Source of the DNA: an uncultured delta proteobacterium
GTDB lineage: Bacteria; Myxococcota; Kuafuiibacteriia; Kuafuiibacteriales; Kuafuiibacteriaceae
NCBI GenBank assembly: GCA_963803435.1
Contig: CAWDML010000009.1
Coordinates: forward strand, 1,600,001 to 1,664,000
Direction: 5' to 3'
Length of the DNA stretch: 64,000 nt
Shown here: one piece after another, positions 44,411 through 56,498 of the stretch
How positions within the stretch are numbered: the stretch's first letter is position 1
How the letters are laid out: every line of letters begins with the position of its first letter
Notes under the pieces: generated by a model
What the model was told of the DNA's origin: nothing
What the model saw: only the letters and a program-made list of their open reading frames with translations
Databases searched by the model: none
Position numbers and translations under genes: made by a program

Positions 44411-47400
44411 TACATGTTGCGGCGGTACTGGCCGCCGACCCGGTAGAGCGCGCGGAGATCTGCCCGAGCGTGCACACCTTGGCGCCTCCATCAGCGACTG
44501 CGAACACGTTCCTCTGGGCGCGCGCGGCGGCCACCGGCGGCTCAGCGCGAGCCTGGGCCGTGACGCCGTCGTTGCGCCTTCAGGAACGCGTCGCGCGAGC
44601 GGATGGCGTACTTCTTCTCCTCGTCGGTCGAGCGGATCACCTCGCGCGGCAGCGATCGTGGGCGAGCCCTTCGGCCGAGGAACGTGTTCACGCCGACGAT
44701 CGGCAGCTCGCCCGAGTGCTTGAGCGTCTCGTAGTAGCAGCGACTCCTCCTGGATCTTGCTCCGCTGGTACATGCGCTCCATCGCGCCGAGCACGCCGCC
44801 GCGCTCGGAGATGCGCGCGGAACTCGGCGAGCACGGCCTCCTCCACCAGGTCGGTCAGCTCCTCGATGATGAACGAGCCCTGCAGCGGGTTCTCGTTTTC
44901 GGCGAGGCCGAGCTCCTTGTTGATGATGAGCTGGATCGCCAGCGCGCGCCGCACGCTCTCCTCGGTGGGGGTCGTGATCGCCTCGTCGTAGGCGTTCGTG
45001 TGGAGCGAGTTGCAGTTGTCGTAGATGCGCGTAGAGCGCCTGCAGCGTGGTGCGGATGTCGTTGAACGCGATCTCCTGCGCGTGCAGCGACCGGCCCGAG
45101 GTCTGGATGTGGTACTTGAGCTTCTGCGAGCGCTCGTTGCCGCCGTACTTGTCGCTTCATCGCCTTGGCCCAGATCCGGCGCGCCACCCGGCCGATCACG
45201 GCGTACTCGGCGTCGAGGCCGTTGAGAAGAAGAAGGACAGGTTCGGCGCGAAGTCGTCGATCTCCATCCCGCGCGACAGGTAGTACTCGACGTAGGTGAA
45301 GCCGTTGGCCAGCGTGAAGGCGAGCTGGGTGATCGGGTTCGCGCCGGCCTCGGCGATGTGGTAGCCGGAGATCGACACCGAGTAGAAGTTCCGCACGCGC
45401 TTCGTCGATGAAGTACTGCTGGATGTCGCCCATCATCCGCAGCGCGAACTCGGTGGAGAAGATGCAGGTGTTCTGCGCCTGGTCCTCCTTCAGGATGTCG
45501 GCCTGCACCGTGCCGCGGACCCTGCGACAGCGTGTCCGTTGCGGATCCGGTCGTAGCGTCTCGGCGGCAGCACCTCGTCGCCGGAGACGCCGAGGAGCAT
45601 CGAGCCCGAGGCCGTCGTTGCCCTCGGGCAGCTCGCCCTGGTAGCGCGGGCGCGGCACGCCGCTGCTCGGCGTAGATGCGCGGCGATCTTCTGCTCGACC
45701 TCGGCTCGACCAGCCCCGGCCCCGCGGATGTAGCTTCTCGCACTGCTGATCGATCGCCGCGTTCAGGAAGAAGCCGAGCAGCATCGGCGCCGGGCCGTTG
45801 ATCGTCATCGACACCGAGGTCGTCGGGTCCGCGAGATCGAAGCCCGAGTAGAGCTTCTTGGCGTCGTCGACGCGTGGCCACGCTGACGCCCGAGTTGCCG
45901 ACCTTGCCGTAGATGTCCGGGCGCAGATCGGGATCCTCGCCGTAGAGCGTGACCGAGTCGAACGCGGTCGAGAGGCGCTTCGCCGGCAGTCCCGCGGAGA
46001 CGTAGTGGAAGCGCTTGTTCGTGCGCTCCGGTCCGCCCTCGCCGGCGAACATGCGGGCGGGATCCTCGCCCTCGCGCTTGAGCGGGAACACGCCCGCGGT
46101 GTACGGGAAGCGCACCGGGCGACGTTCTCGGGGAGCAGCCAGCGCAGGAGCGTCGCCCCAGTCCGCGAAACTGGGCAGCGCGACCTTCGGGATCGTCGAG
46201 GTCCGCGAGAGGGTGCGCGACGTAGAGGTCCTGCTCGATCACCCGGCCGCGCACCTGGAAGCGGTACTTGTCGGCGGCGTAGCGTCGCTTCGTCCGGCCA
46301 CTCGCAGGCGCCGGCACTCGGCGTCGAGCCGGCGCTGAGCTCTGCAGCGGCGTCGAGCTCGTGCTCTGCGGTCTCGCCCTCGCGCTGTCACCGCGGCACG
46401 ACGTCGGGCCGCGTCGCGATCTCAGGGCGCTGCCCGTTCGACGCAGCGATCGACGCGCCCGCACGTGGCATCGCCGCGATCTCCACCTGGCTCGAGATAG
46501 CGTCATGCGCGCCGGTCTCGGCGATCTCCGCCAGGTAGCGCATGCGCTCGGCGGGATGACCGACGATCTCGCGCGGTGTCGGAGGTGGCTCGGTTCGAGC
46601 GCAGCGGCGCCCGGTCTTCTCCACGATCAGCGTCCATGAGCGCGCGGTAGAGGCGGTCGGTCCCCGGGGTCGTTGAACTGCGACGCGATGGTGCCGAAGA
46701 CGGGAGCGCGTCGTCCGCGCATCGAACATCTTGTGGTTGCGCTTGTACTGCTTGCGGACGTCGCGCAGGGCGTCGAGCGAGCCCGCGCTTGTCGAACTTG
46801 TTGATCGCGACGAGGTCGGCGAAGTCGAGCATGTCGATCTTCTCGAGCTGGGTGGCCGCGCCGTACTCCGCGTCATCACGTAGAGCGAGACGTCCGCAGT
46901 GCTCGGTGATCTCGGTGTCGGACTGGCCGATGCCGCTGACGTCTCCACGATCACCAGGTCGAAGCCCGCCGCCTGCACCACGTCGATCGCGTCCTGGACG
47001 TGCCGGACAGCGCGAGGTTCGACTGGCGCGTGGCCAGCGAGCGCATGTACACGCGCGGGTCGTCGATGGCGTTCATGCGGATCCGGTCGCCGAGCAGCGC
47101 GCCGCCGGTCTTGCGCTTCGACGGATCGACCGAGATGACGGCGACGGTCTTGTCGGCGAAGTCGGCGAGGAAGCGCCGCACCAGCTCGTCGACCAGCGAC
47201 GACTTGCCCGAGCCCCCGGTGCCCGGTGATGCCGAGCACCGGGGCCTTCGTCGCTTCGAGACCAGGCCGAGCGCGGCGCGCAGCGACGCGGCCGCCTCGG
47301 GGTCGTTCTCCGCGAGCGTGATAGGCGCCCGATGCGACCGCGCGCGGGTCCCGGGTCGTCAGACCCGCGAGCACGCCGGTCGGCGGCGGCCGGCTTCGTC

Positions 47401-47839
47401 GCGGGAAAGTCGCACCGCTCGAGGAGGTCGTCGATCATCCCCTGCAGGCCCAGCGCGCGACCGTCGTCGGGCGAGTAGATGCGCGCGATGCCGTAGCCGT
47501 GGAGCTCCTCGATCTCCTCGGGCAGGATCGTGCCGCCGCCGCCGCCGAAGACTCGGATGTCGGCGCCGCGCTCGCGCAGCAGGTCGATGCATGTACTTGA
47601 AGAACTCGACGTGGCCGCCCTGGTACGAGGTGATCGCGATGCCCTGCGCGTCCTCCTGGATCGCGCAGTCGACGATCTCGCGCGACCGAGCGGTTGTGGC
47701 CGAGGTGGATGACCTCGGCGCCCGAGGCCTGCATGATCCGCCGCATGACGTTGATCGCCGCGTCGTGGCCGTCGAAGAGCGACGCCGCGGTCACGATCCG
47801 CACAGGGTTCACCGGCTGGTAGCGGTGCGGAGGGGTCAC
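44410..47839 (-). CDS. icmF: Fused isobutyryl-CoA mutase IcmF (B12-binding domain, MeaB-like GTPase, mutase); heavily frameshifted, probably sequencing errors
   Basis: [81 protein letters not shown] in colinear order. Confidence 0.9.
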
Positions 47840-47845
47840 CCTGCC

Positions 47846-47874
47846 GGTATATGGAGCGCTGCCGGCCTCGTCAA
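47846..47874 (-). promoter_or_regulatory. Putative sigma70 promoter TTGACG-N17-TATACC, 6 nt upstream of the icmF GTG
   Basis: Motifs with canonical 17-nt spacing. Confidence 0.45.
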
Positions 47875-47903
47875 CGCGACCGATCCGGGCTACTGAAGGG
47901 ACC

Positions 47904-50900
47904 GTGATGGCGGGGGAGGAGCTCCCAGCCGTCGGCGAGAGCATCGGCGGGTATCGCCTCGACCGACTGATCGCCACCGGGGGGATGGGCGCCGTTTTCG
48001 CGGCCACGCATGCGAGGCTCGGCAGGAAGGCCGCGGTCAAGGTCCTCGACCGCCAGCTCGCGTCGGACCGGGAGTACGTGTCGCGGTTCCTCCACGAGGC
48101 GCGGATCGCGAACGACATCCGCCACCCGAACATCGTCGACATCTACGACTTCGTCGAGACCGGCGGAGACATCGCCCTGGTGATGGAGCTCCTCGAGGGC
48201 CCGACCCTCCACGAGGCGCTTCGTCAGGTGAAGCGCTTCAGCGCGATCCAGACCCTCAACATCGCGCTCCAGCTCGCCGACGCGGTGGCGGCCGTGCACC
48301 GGGCCGGCGTCGTCCACCGCGATCTGAAGCCCGAGAACCTGGTGATCATCGAGCCGATCGAGAGCGAGTTCTGGGAGATCCCCAGCTTCAAGATCCTCGA
48401 CTTCGGGATCGCGAAGCAGCGAAACGCGGCCGTCGACCACCACACGCTGCAAGGTGCGCTCATGGGCACGCCCTCGTACATGGCGCCCGAGCAGGTGGCC
48501 GGCGAGCCGGTCTCCGCGGCCACCGACGTGTACGCGATCGGTGAGCTGATGTTCGAGATGGCCTCCGGGCGGCGCCTCTTCGACGGCGAGAGCGTCCTCG
48601 TCCTCACGCAGAAGCTCAAGAACCAGCTGCCCCGCTTCGACATCCCCCGCGACGTCTATTGGGGCGATCGCATCGTCACCTTCGTGCGCGCCTGCGTCTC
48701 GCCGGCGCCGGCCGATCGACCGGACGTGAGCCAGCTGAAGCGCGACCTCTCCGAGCTCCTCGAGGAGGTCGACGAGAGCGACGGCGCCGCCACCGTCCTG
48801 GCGATGGAGGCGATCAAGCTCGAGGATCACAAGCCGCAGGCGCTCCCAGGGAGCGATCCGATGAGCACGCAGATGTTCTTCGATCGCATCGTCGAAGACT
48901 TCCAGCCCCCGGCCCTGCCGCCGCCCCCCAAGCTCGAGCCGATATCGGTGGTGAAGGCGATGCCGCCGGTGATCGTGGGGACCCCGGTGATGCGCGCGCC
49001 GTCGATGATCCGCGCGCCGGAGCGCGCGCCCAGCTGGAGCGCGCCCCGCCCGCCGGCGCGTCGCCCTGCGCCCCGGCGCTTCCTCTGGCTCCTGATGGCG
49101 CCGGCGCTGGTGGTGATCGTGTGGGTCGCGGTCCCGGGAGCCCACGATCGGGCCCGCGCCGGGTTCGACGCGCTCGTCGGCGCCACGCCCAATCCGGTCC
49201 GCCGCCATCTGGCGGCCTGGAAGGAGATCCACGGCGACGTGGGCGGGACCGCCGCCGGTCACCTGGCGGCCGCGGTGGCCGCCCACGTGCAGGACTCCTG
49301 GCCCAAGTACGAGGAGGCGGAGGCCGAGATACAGCGCGCCCTGATCCTCGAGCCCGAGGACGCCGAGGCCATCGCGTTCTATGCGGAGAACGAGCTGGCG
49401 TGGAAGCGCTGGCTGCTCTTCGGAGCCGACGCCGAGGAGGTGATGCGCTTCCTCGAGTACGCCGAGACCGCCGACCCGGCGAGTCCCGGTGCGCTCCGGG
49501 CGCGCGCGCGGCGTGCGGAGGTCCTCGGCGAGACGGCGCGCTGCCGCGAGCTGCTCCGAGGGGCCCGCAGGAATCGCAGCGATCCGCTGGCGCAGCTGCT
49601 GGAAGGCGAGTGCACGATCGATCAGGACCCAGCCACGGCCGAGTCGATGATCGCGCAGGCGGCGGGCGCGATGGAGGGGCTCGGGCGGGCGGTCCGCACC
49701 GGCGCGCGGGCGCGGGCGCACACTGGGCGCTACGCGGAGGCGCTGCGGTCGCTCGACCAGCGGCTGGCGGCGGACCCCAAGAACGGTCCGGCGTTGGTCG
49801 AGGCCGCGATGATCGAGCACGCGGTCGGGCACCACGAGCGGGAGCTCACCCGGTTGCGCTCCGCCACCCGCGCCGACGGCGATCAGCTCAGGGCCCAGCT
49901 CCTGCTCGGGCGGGCGCAGGCGGAGTTGCAAAAGGACAGCTCGGCGAAGAGCACCTTGCTCTCTCTGGCCACCAATGAGAGCGCGCCGGGGCGCTATCGT
50001 CGCGAGGCGTACGCGTCGCTGGCACGCCTCGAGATCGACACGGGCGGACCCGAGCGCGCGATCGAGCTGCTCGACAACGCCGCGTCGCTCGGCGCGGATC
50101 TCGAGGCCGACCGGCTTCGGGCCGAGGCGCTGCTCCTCGAGGAGAAGCCGGCCCAGGTGCTCGCACTGCTCGGCAAGCCCCTCGCGACCGAGGAGCAGGT
50201 CCCGCTGATCGCGCTGAGCGCCGGCGCGCATCTCCTCAACGGTCGGCCGGACGAGGCCAAGCACGCGTTCGAGGAGGCGGTGGCTGTCCGCCCGCAGGAT
50301 CCCCGGCTGTTCGCGGAGCTCGCCGGCGCCCGGGCCCTCCTCGACGACTTCGGTGCCGCCCGCACCGCGCTCGACAAGATCCTCTGGCTCGATCCGCTGG
50401 AGGTGACGGAGGACGATCGCGCGCCGCGCCTCCCCCGGGCGGTGGCCGACCTCATGGCCGTCCAGCTCGCGAAGATGCGGGATGCCTCGGGCGATCCGGC
50501 CTGCGTCGACGCTGTGACCGCGCTGCTCCGCTTCTATTTCGGCGATCCTGCGGGAGCGGTGGTGGCGGCCCGGAGGAGCGTCGACGGCAAGAACTCTCCG
50601 CGGATCGCAGCGGTCCTCGAGGGCCACCTGATCATGGACGCCGATCTCAAGCGCGCGCAGGACCTGGCCGCGCTGCTCGAGAAGGAGGCGCCCAGCGCCG
50701 CGGCGCAGCTGTTCCTGGCGCGCTTCGACGCGAGCCGGCGCAAGGACACCGCCGCTGGCGCATACGCGCAGGCGCTCTCGATCAACTCCGATCTCCCGCT
50801 GGCCAAGATCGAGCGGACGGCCCTCGAGCTCAGGCGCAAGCGGAAGAGCACGCTCGAGGAGCTCTACGGGCTCCACGTCGACTATGCCCACCTGGGCAAG

Positions 50901-50933
50901 CTGCGCCGCCTGCTCTTCGAGGCCGGCGAGTGA
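47904..50933 (+). CDS. Membrane Ser/Thr protein kinase with large extracytoplasmic TPR region
   Basis: [30 protein letters not shown], Pro-rich linker, transmembrane helix, Ala/Leu-rich TPR-like repeats. Confidence 0.92.
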   Translation: MMAGEELPAVGESIGGYRLDRLIATGGMGAVFAATHARLGRKAAVKVLDRQLASDREYVSRFLHEARIANDIRHPNIVDIYDFVETGGDIALVMELLEGPTLHEALRQVKRFSAIQTLNIALQLADAVAAVHRAGVVHRDLKPENLVIIEPIESEFWEIPSFKILDFGIAKQRNAAVDHHTLQGALMGTPSYMAPEQVAGEPVSAATDVYAIGELMFEMASGRRLFDGESVLVLTQKLKNQLPRFDIPRDVYWGDRIVTFVRACVSPAPADRPDVSQLKRDLSELLEEVDESDGAATVLAMEAIKLEDHKPQALPGSDPMSTQMFFDRIVEDFQPPALPPPPKLEPISVVKAMPPVIVGTPVMRAPSMIRAPERAPSWSAPRPPARRPAPRRFLWLLMAPALVVIVWVAVPGAHDRARAGFDALVGATPNPVRRHLAAWKEIHGDVGGTAAGHLAAAVAAHVQDSWPKYEEAEAEIQRALILEPEDAEAIAFYAENELAWKRWLLFGADAEEVMRFLEYAETADPASPGALRARARRAEVLGETARCRELLRGARRNRSDPLAQLLEGECTIDQDPATAESMIAQAAGAMEGLGRAVRTGARARAHTGRYAEALRSLDQRLAADPKNGPALVEAAMIEHAVGHHERELTRLRSATRADGDQLRAQLLLGRAQAELQKDSSAKSTLLSLATNESAPGRYRREAYASLARLEIDTGGPERAIELLDNAASLGADLEADRLRAEALLLEEKPAQVLALLGKPLATEEQVPLIALSAGAHLLNGRPDEAKHAFEEAVAVRPQDPRLFAELAGARALLDDFGAARTALDKILWLDPLEVTEDDRAPRLPRAVADLMAVQLAKMRDASGDPACVDAVTALLRFYFGDPAGAVVAARRSVDGKNSPRIAAVLEGHLIMDADLKRAQDLAALLEKEAPSAAAQLFLARFDASRRKDTAAGAYAQALSINSDLPLAKIERTALELRRKRKSTLEELYGLHVDYAHLGKLRRLLFEAGE

Positions 50934-50934
50934 G

Positions 50935-51960
50935 CTACTTGTCTTCCTTCTGAAGCACGAAGCTGTAGTCGGGCTTCAGCTTGCCAACCGGGATGTCCTG
51001 CTCGATCTTCACGTAGCCGCCGGCCTCCACCGAGATCTTGTGGGGCTGGTTCGGATCGACATTCGGTACCTTCAGCGTTCGCTTGCCCGCGTGCACGGCC
51101 TCGTCGAGCGTGATGTTGGCGGCGATCGGGGAGATGGTGATCGACACCGTGTAGAGCCCGGCCTGGCTGATCGGCTGCAGGTCGATGTCCTTGCGAAGGC
51201 CCTCGGCTTTATCGCCGCCGACGATGTTGGTGCTGAACTTGAAGGGCTCGTAGCCCCCCAGGCTGACCTCGATCTCGTAGTCGCCCTCGGGCAGCGTCAG
51301 CTTCATCGGGGTCACTTCGCTCGATAGGCGCCCGTTGATCGTCACCTGGGCCTTGGGAGGCGTCGTGTGCAGCTCGAGGACGCCCTTCTTGGGCGGCTGC
51401 GTGGTGACGTAGAGGAGCCCGCCCACCACGATCGCCATGATTCCCAAGGCGCTGTAGGTTTTGAGGCGCCGCACCGCGACCGCCTTCTTGTCGACCTTGG
51501 GGAGAATGTCCCCCGTCTGCCCCGTCTGCACCTCGGCGGGGGGTCGGGGCGGCTGCATCCAGAGCAGTGTGTTCTCGCCGAAGCCCGCGGGCTTGGTCGG
51601 CATCGGTGGCCCGCCGCGCGGGACGGTACCGTGGACGGACATCGGCTCGGTCGGCATCGGACCGCTGCGATCGGCGGGATCCGGCAACGGCTGATTGGCG
51701 TGGGTGCTGATCTTGTCGAGCGAGACGCCTGCAGCTTCGAAAGAGGGCAGCGCGGGCATGGCGCGCGTCGGCGCATCACCGATGTCTTCGCCGGAGTCGG
51801 GCCCAATCACGATCTGGTGATTGGCGCCGCCGCTCTTCTTCGCCTGCATGCGCTGGCGTGCTTCACGGAGCGCCTTCAGCTCGTCGGTGCTGAGTGGGTC
51901 GAGCAGCGTGCGGTCGTCCGGGGGAGGATTACGACCGCCACCTTGTCCTTGGTTGCTCAT
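50935..51960 (-). CDS. Single-pass membrane protein with tandem PEGA-like domains
   Basis: Disordered N-terminus, transmembrane helix, LELHTTPPKAQVTING...TP...GDYEIEV. Confidence 0.8.
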   Translation of the reverse strand: MSNQGQGGGRNPPPDDRTLLDPLSTDELKALREARQRMQAKKSGGANHQIVIGPDSGEDIGDAPTRAMPALPSFEAAGVSLDKISTHANQPLPDPADRSGPMPTEPMSVHGTVPRGGPPMPTKPAGFGENTLLWMQPPRPPAEVQTGQTGDILPKVDKKAVAVRRLKTYSALGIMAIVVGGLLYVTTQPPKKGVLELHTTPPKAQVTINGRLSSEVTPMKLTLPEGDYEIEVSLGGYEPFKFSTNIVGGDKAEGLRKDIDLQPISQAGLYTVSITISPIAANITLDEAVHAGKRTLKVPNVDPNQPHKISVEAGGYVKIEQDIPVGKLKPDYSFVLQKEDK

Positions 51961-52232
51961 CCGGGTGCTCCCAGGTTGGGACTTTCGGGATACCACAAGT
52001 AGTACTGGGGCGACAGGTTTGGCCCTGGCACCGCGCTCCTACACGCTGCAGTCGGCCAAAAATTCCAGCGCTGTAGGCACGACGTGCGGGCGGCCGATGA
52101 TCGTGGCCTCCGATCCGAGCGTCGTTCGGCGGCGCGCCGCGCGAACGACTCGTCTCGCTTCGTCGAGGTGCCGCGGCGCCGATCGGGGTGAATCGCTTGC
52201 CACTGAACATCCGACCAAGTACGTCAGAGCGT

Positions 52233-55200
52233 ATGGTGTTGACGGCGTTCGACCCCCGGATCGCGCGCTGGTTTGCGCGTCGCTTCTCCACGGTGACGCC
52301 GCCGCAGCGGGAGGGCTGGCCGCTCATCCGGGCCGGAAACGACACGCTGATCGCCGCGCCCACGGGATCGGGCAAGACGCTGGCGGCCTTCCTGGCCGCG
52401 CTCGACGATCTGGTGCGTCGCGCGCTCGACGACACGCTCGAGGAGCGCACGTACGTCCTGTACGTCTCGCCCTTGAAGGCGCTCTCCAACGACGTCTCGA
52501 AAAACCTCGCACGACCGTTGCGCGAGCTGGCCGAGTCCGATCCCGGAGTCGCTCGGATCCGGGTCGGCGTCCGCACGGGTGACACGCCCCAGTCCGAGCG
52601 CGCCAAGCTGGCCAAGCGGCCGCCGCACATCCTCGTCACCACACCCGAGTCGCTCTACATCCTCCTCACCAGCGGGAGTGGGCGTGCGGCGCTGTCCGGC
52701 GTCCGCACCGTGATCCTGGACGAGATCCACGCGATCGCCGACGACAAGCGCGGCGCCCACCTGGCGCTGTCGCTGGAGCGTCTGGAGGCCCTGGTGGCCG
52801 CCGAAGGGCGCCCGCGGCCTCAGCGGATCGGGCTGTCCGCGACCCAGCGGCCGATCGAGCGCATCGCCCAGATGCTGGTGGGCGATTCGGCCGCTCCCCT
52901 CGATCGTGGACGCCGGCTTCGCGCGCGAGCTCGACCTCGGCATCGAGGTACCGAAGGACGAGCTGGGCGCGGTCGCTACGCACGAGATGATGGCGGAGTT
53001 CTACGATCGGATCGTCGAGCTCTCTTCGGCGCACCGGACCACGCTGGTCTTCGCCAACACCCGGCGGTTGTGCGAGCGCGTGGCACGCCACCTGGCCGAT
53101 CGCCTGGGCGACGACAAGGTGGCCGCGCACCACGGCAGCCTCAGCCGGGAGACCCGACTCTCGGCAGAGATGCGGCTGAAGGCGGGGCAGCTCTCCGTCA
53201 TCGTCGCGACCGCCTCGCTCGAGCTCGGCATCGACGTGGGCGAGGTCGATCTGGTGATCCAGCTGGGCTCGCCCCGGAACATCGCCACCTTCCTCCAGCG
53301 CGTCGGCCGCTCCGGTCACTGTCTCGGCGCCATCCCCAAGGGCCGGCTGTTCGCGCTCACCCGCGATCAGCTGATCGAGTGCGCGGCGCTGGTCCGCTCG
53401 GTGAAGAAGCGGATCCTCGACGAGGTCGAGATCCCCTGCGCGCCCCTCGACGTCCTCGCGCAGCAGATCGTCGCGGCCGCCTCGGTGGACGACTGGAACG
53501 AGGACGCGCTCTTCGACGCCTTCCGCCGTGCGCACCCGTACCGCACGCTCACCCGTCACGACTTCGATCGCGTGGTGGAGATGCTCTCGGAGGGGGTGGT
53601 GAGCGGCAAGGGCCGGCGCCAGAGCTACCTCCACCGCGACCGGATCAACGGTACCGTCCGCGGCAAGAAGCACGCGCGCCTCACCGCGATCACCTCGGGC
53701 GGCGCCATCCCGGACAACGCCGCCTACTCCGTGATCGCCGACCCCGAGGGCACGTTTGTCGGCACGCTCGACGAGGACTTCGCGATCGAGAGTATGGCGG
53801 GCGACATCTTCCAGCTCGGCAACACCTCCTGGCGGATTCCGCCGCGTCGAGTCCCAGCGGGTGCGGGTCGAGGACGCCGCCGGGCTGCCGCCCACGATCC
53901 CCTTCTGGCGGGGCGAGGCGCCGGCCCGCACGCGCGAGCTCTCGGAGGAGGTCTCGGCGCTCCGGGTGGCGATCAGCGAGCGCGCGGCCCGCGACCCCCT
54001 CCCGGCGGTGGTCGAGTGGCTGACGGCCGAAGCCCACGTGCCGCGTCTGGGCGCGGAGCAGATGGTCCAGTACGTGGCGGTGTCCGAGAAGATGCTCGGC
54101 GCGATCCCCAGCACCCGATGCGTGATCGCAGAGCGGTTCTTCGACGAGGGCGGCGGCATGCAGCTGGTGTTGCACGCGCCCTTTGGCGGTCGGATCAACA
54201 AGGCCTGGGGCCTGGCGCTCCGCAAGCGCTTCTGCAAGAGCTTCAACTTCGAGCTCCAGGCGGCGGCCACCGACGACGGCATCATCATCTCGCTCGGCCC
54301 GGTGCACAGCTTCCCGCTGGTGACGGTGTTCGACTTCGTCTCCTCGACCTCGGTCGAGAAGGTGCTCACGCAGGCGGTCCTGCAGACGCCCATCTTCGGT
54401 GTGCGCTGGCGATGGGCCGCGCAGCGGAGCCTGGCGGTGCCGAGGTTCGCAGGAGGCAAGAAGGTCCCCGCGCCGCTGATGCGGATGCGCACGGACGACC
54501 TCTTGACCGGCGTCTTCCCGATGGCGGTCGCCTGCCAGGACAACGTGACCGGGCCGATCGAGCTCCCCTCTCACCCGCTGATCGACGAGACCATGCGGGA
54601 CTGCCTCACCGAGGCGATGGATCGGGACGGACTGATCGCGCTGCTCGAGCGGATCGAGCGGGGCGAGATCGAGGTCCGCGGCGTCGACACGGCGGAGCCC
54701 TCGCCGCTCTGCCACGAGCTGGTGAACGCGAACCCGTACGCCTACCTGGACGACGCACCGCTCGAGGAGCGGCGCGCCCGGGCGGTGCAGACACGCCGGG
54801 GCCTTCCCGCCGAGATCGCCGACGGCCTGGGCGCGTTCGATCCCGACGCGATCGAGACGGTCGACCGCGAGGCCGCGCCATCGGCCCGGGACCCGGACGA
54901 GCTCCACGACGCGCTGATGTCGCTGCTGGTGCTCCCGGCGGCCGAGGGCGAGTCGCGCGGCTTCGGCGCCTGGATGCACGCGCTGGTGGCGGCAAACCGC
55001 GCCACGGTCGGCCGCTTCGCGGAGCCCGCGGGGGAGAAGCCCGCGCTCCCCACTCCGCTCGCAGAGGCTCGCTGCCCGCTTCGATCGCGGAACGACGGGA
55101 CCTCGGTGTGGATCGCCGCCGAGCGCGTGCACGTGGTCGCCGCGGCGGTCGGCGCCCTGATCCTCGATCCACCGCTCCCGCCCCTGCCCTTCGCGGTACC

Positions 55201-56498
55201 CGAGATCGATCGACCGTCGGCCCAGCTCGCGATCGTCCGGGCGGCGCTCGAGTCGTGCGGCCCCCGGACCTCGGCGGCGCTGGCGTCGCGGCTCGGCTTG
55301 CCGATCGAGGACGTCGACACGGCCCTCCTGGGGCTGGAGGCGGAGGGCGCGATCCTCCGGGGACGCTTCTCCCGCGACCTGGATGCCGGCGCCGTCGAGT
55401 GGTGCGACCGCCGCATCCTGGCCCGCATCCACCGCCTGACGCTGGGACGGCTGCGCCGTGAGATCGAGCCCGTCACGCAGGCCGACCTGATGCGGTTCCT
55501 CTTCCGCTGGCAGCACGTGGCGCCGTCGACCCATCTCTCCGGGTTGCAAGGTACCTTGCAGATCGTCGGTCAGCTCCAGGGCTTCGAGGCCGCCGCGCCC
55601 GCGTGGGAGCGGGACCTGCTCGCCGCCCGGATCGCAGTCTTACGACGGCGCCTGGCTGGACGCCCTCAGCCTCGGCGGTGAGGTCGCGTGGGGCCGGATC
55701 GCCGAGCGGGATGGCGGCGACGGGGCCCAGATCACCCGCGCCATGCCGGTGACGCTGTTCCTCCGCGACGCCCTCCCCTGGCTGCTCGTCGACGGGGCGG
55801 AGGCGGTCGACCCGAAGCTCACGCCGGTGGCGAGGGATGTGCTGGCGCACCTGGCCGGGCGCGGGGCGTCGTTCCTCAAAGACATCGCCCGGGCCACCGG
55901 CCACGACGCGGGCTCGATCGACGACGCGCTCCGCGAGCTGGTGTTCGCCGGGCTCGTCACCTCGGACGGCTTCGCCGGCCTTCGGGGCTTGCTCGGCAAG
56001 CACAGCGCCGCCGGCGGTCGCTGGTCGCTCCTCCGCAAGGACAGGGACGCGGTCGGGGGCCAGGACGGCGACACCGCCTTCGCGCACCAGCTGCTCCGCC
56101 GCTACGGGCTGGTGTTCCGCGATCTCTCGGCCCGGGAGCCGCGCGTATTGCCCTGGCGCGATCTGCTCCAGATCTACCGGCGCATGGAGGCCCGCGGGGA
56201 AATCCGCGGCGGCCGCTTCGTGTCGAGCTTCGTCGGCGAGCAGTTCGCGCTCCCCGAGGCGGTCGAGGCGCTGCGGAGCGTGCGGCGCCGGAGAGATCCG
56301 GAGACCGTCGTGATCGCCGCGACGGATCCGCTGAACCTGGCCGGCATCACCTCTCCCGGTCCGCGCGTCCCGGCGGTCGTGGGCAACGCGGTGCTGTACC
56401 GCGACGGCGTCCCGGTGGCCTCGCGCGAGGCCGGCAAACTGGTGATGCGCGGGCCGGTGGAGGCGGGCCTCGAGGCGGAGGTCGCCGCCGCGCTTTGA
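52233..56498 (+). CDS. lhr: Long-form Lhr DEAD/DEAH helicase (frameshifts near 52895, 53838, 55640)
   Basis: [43 protein letters not shown] and C-terminal [10 protein letters not shown]...GEQF...ATDPLNL. Confidence 0.93.
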
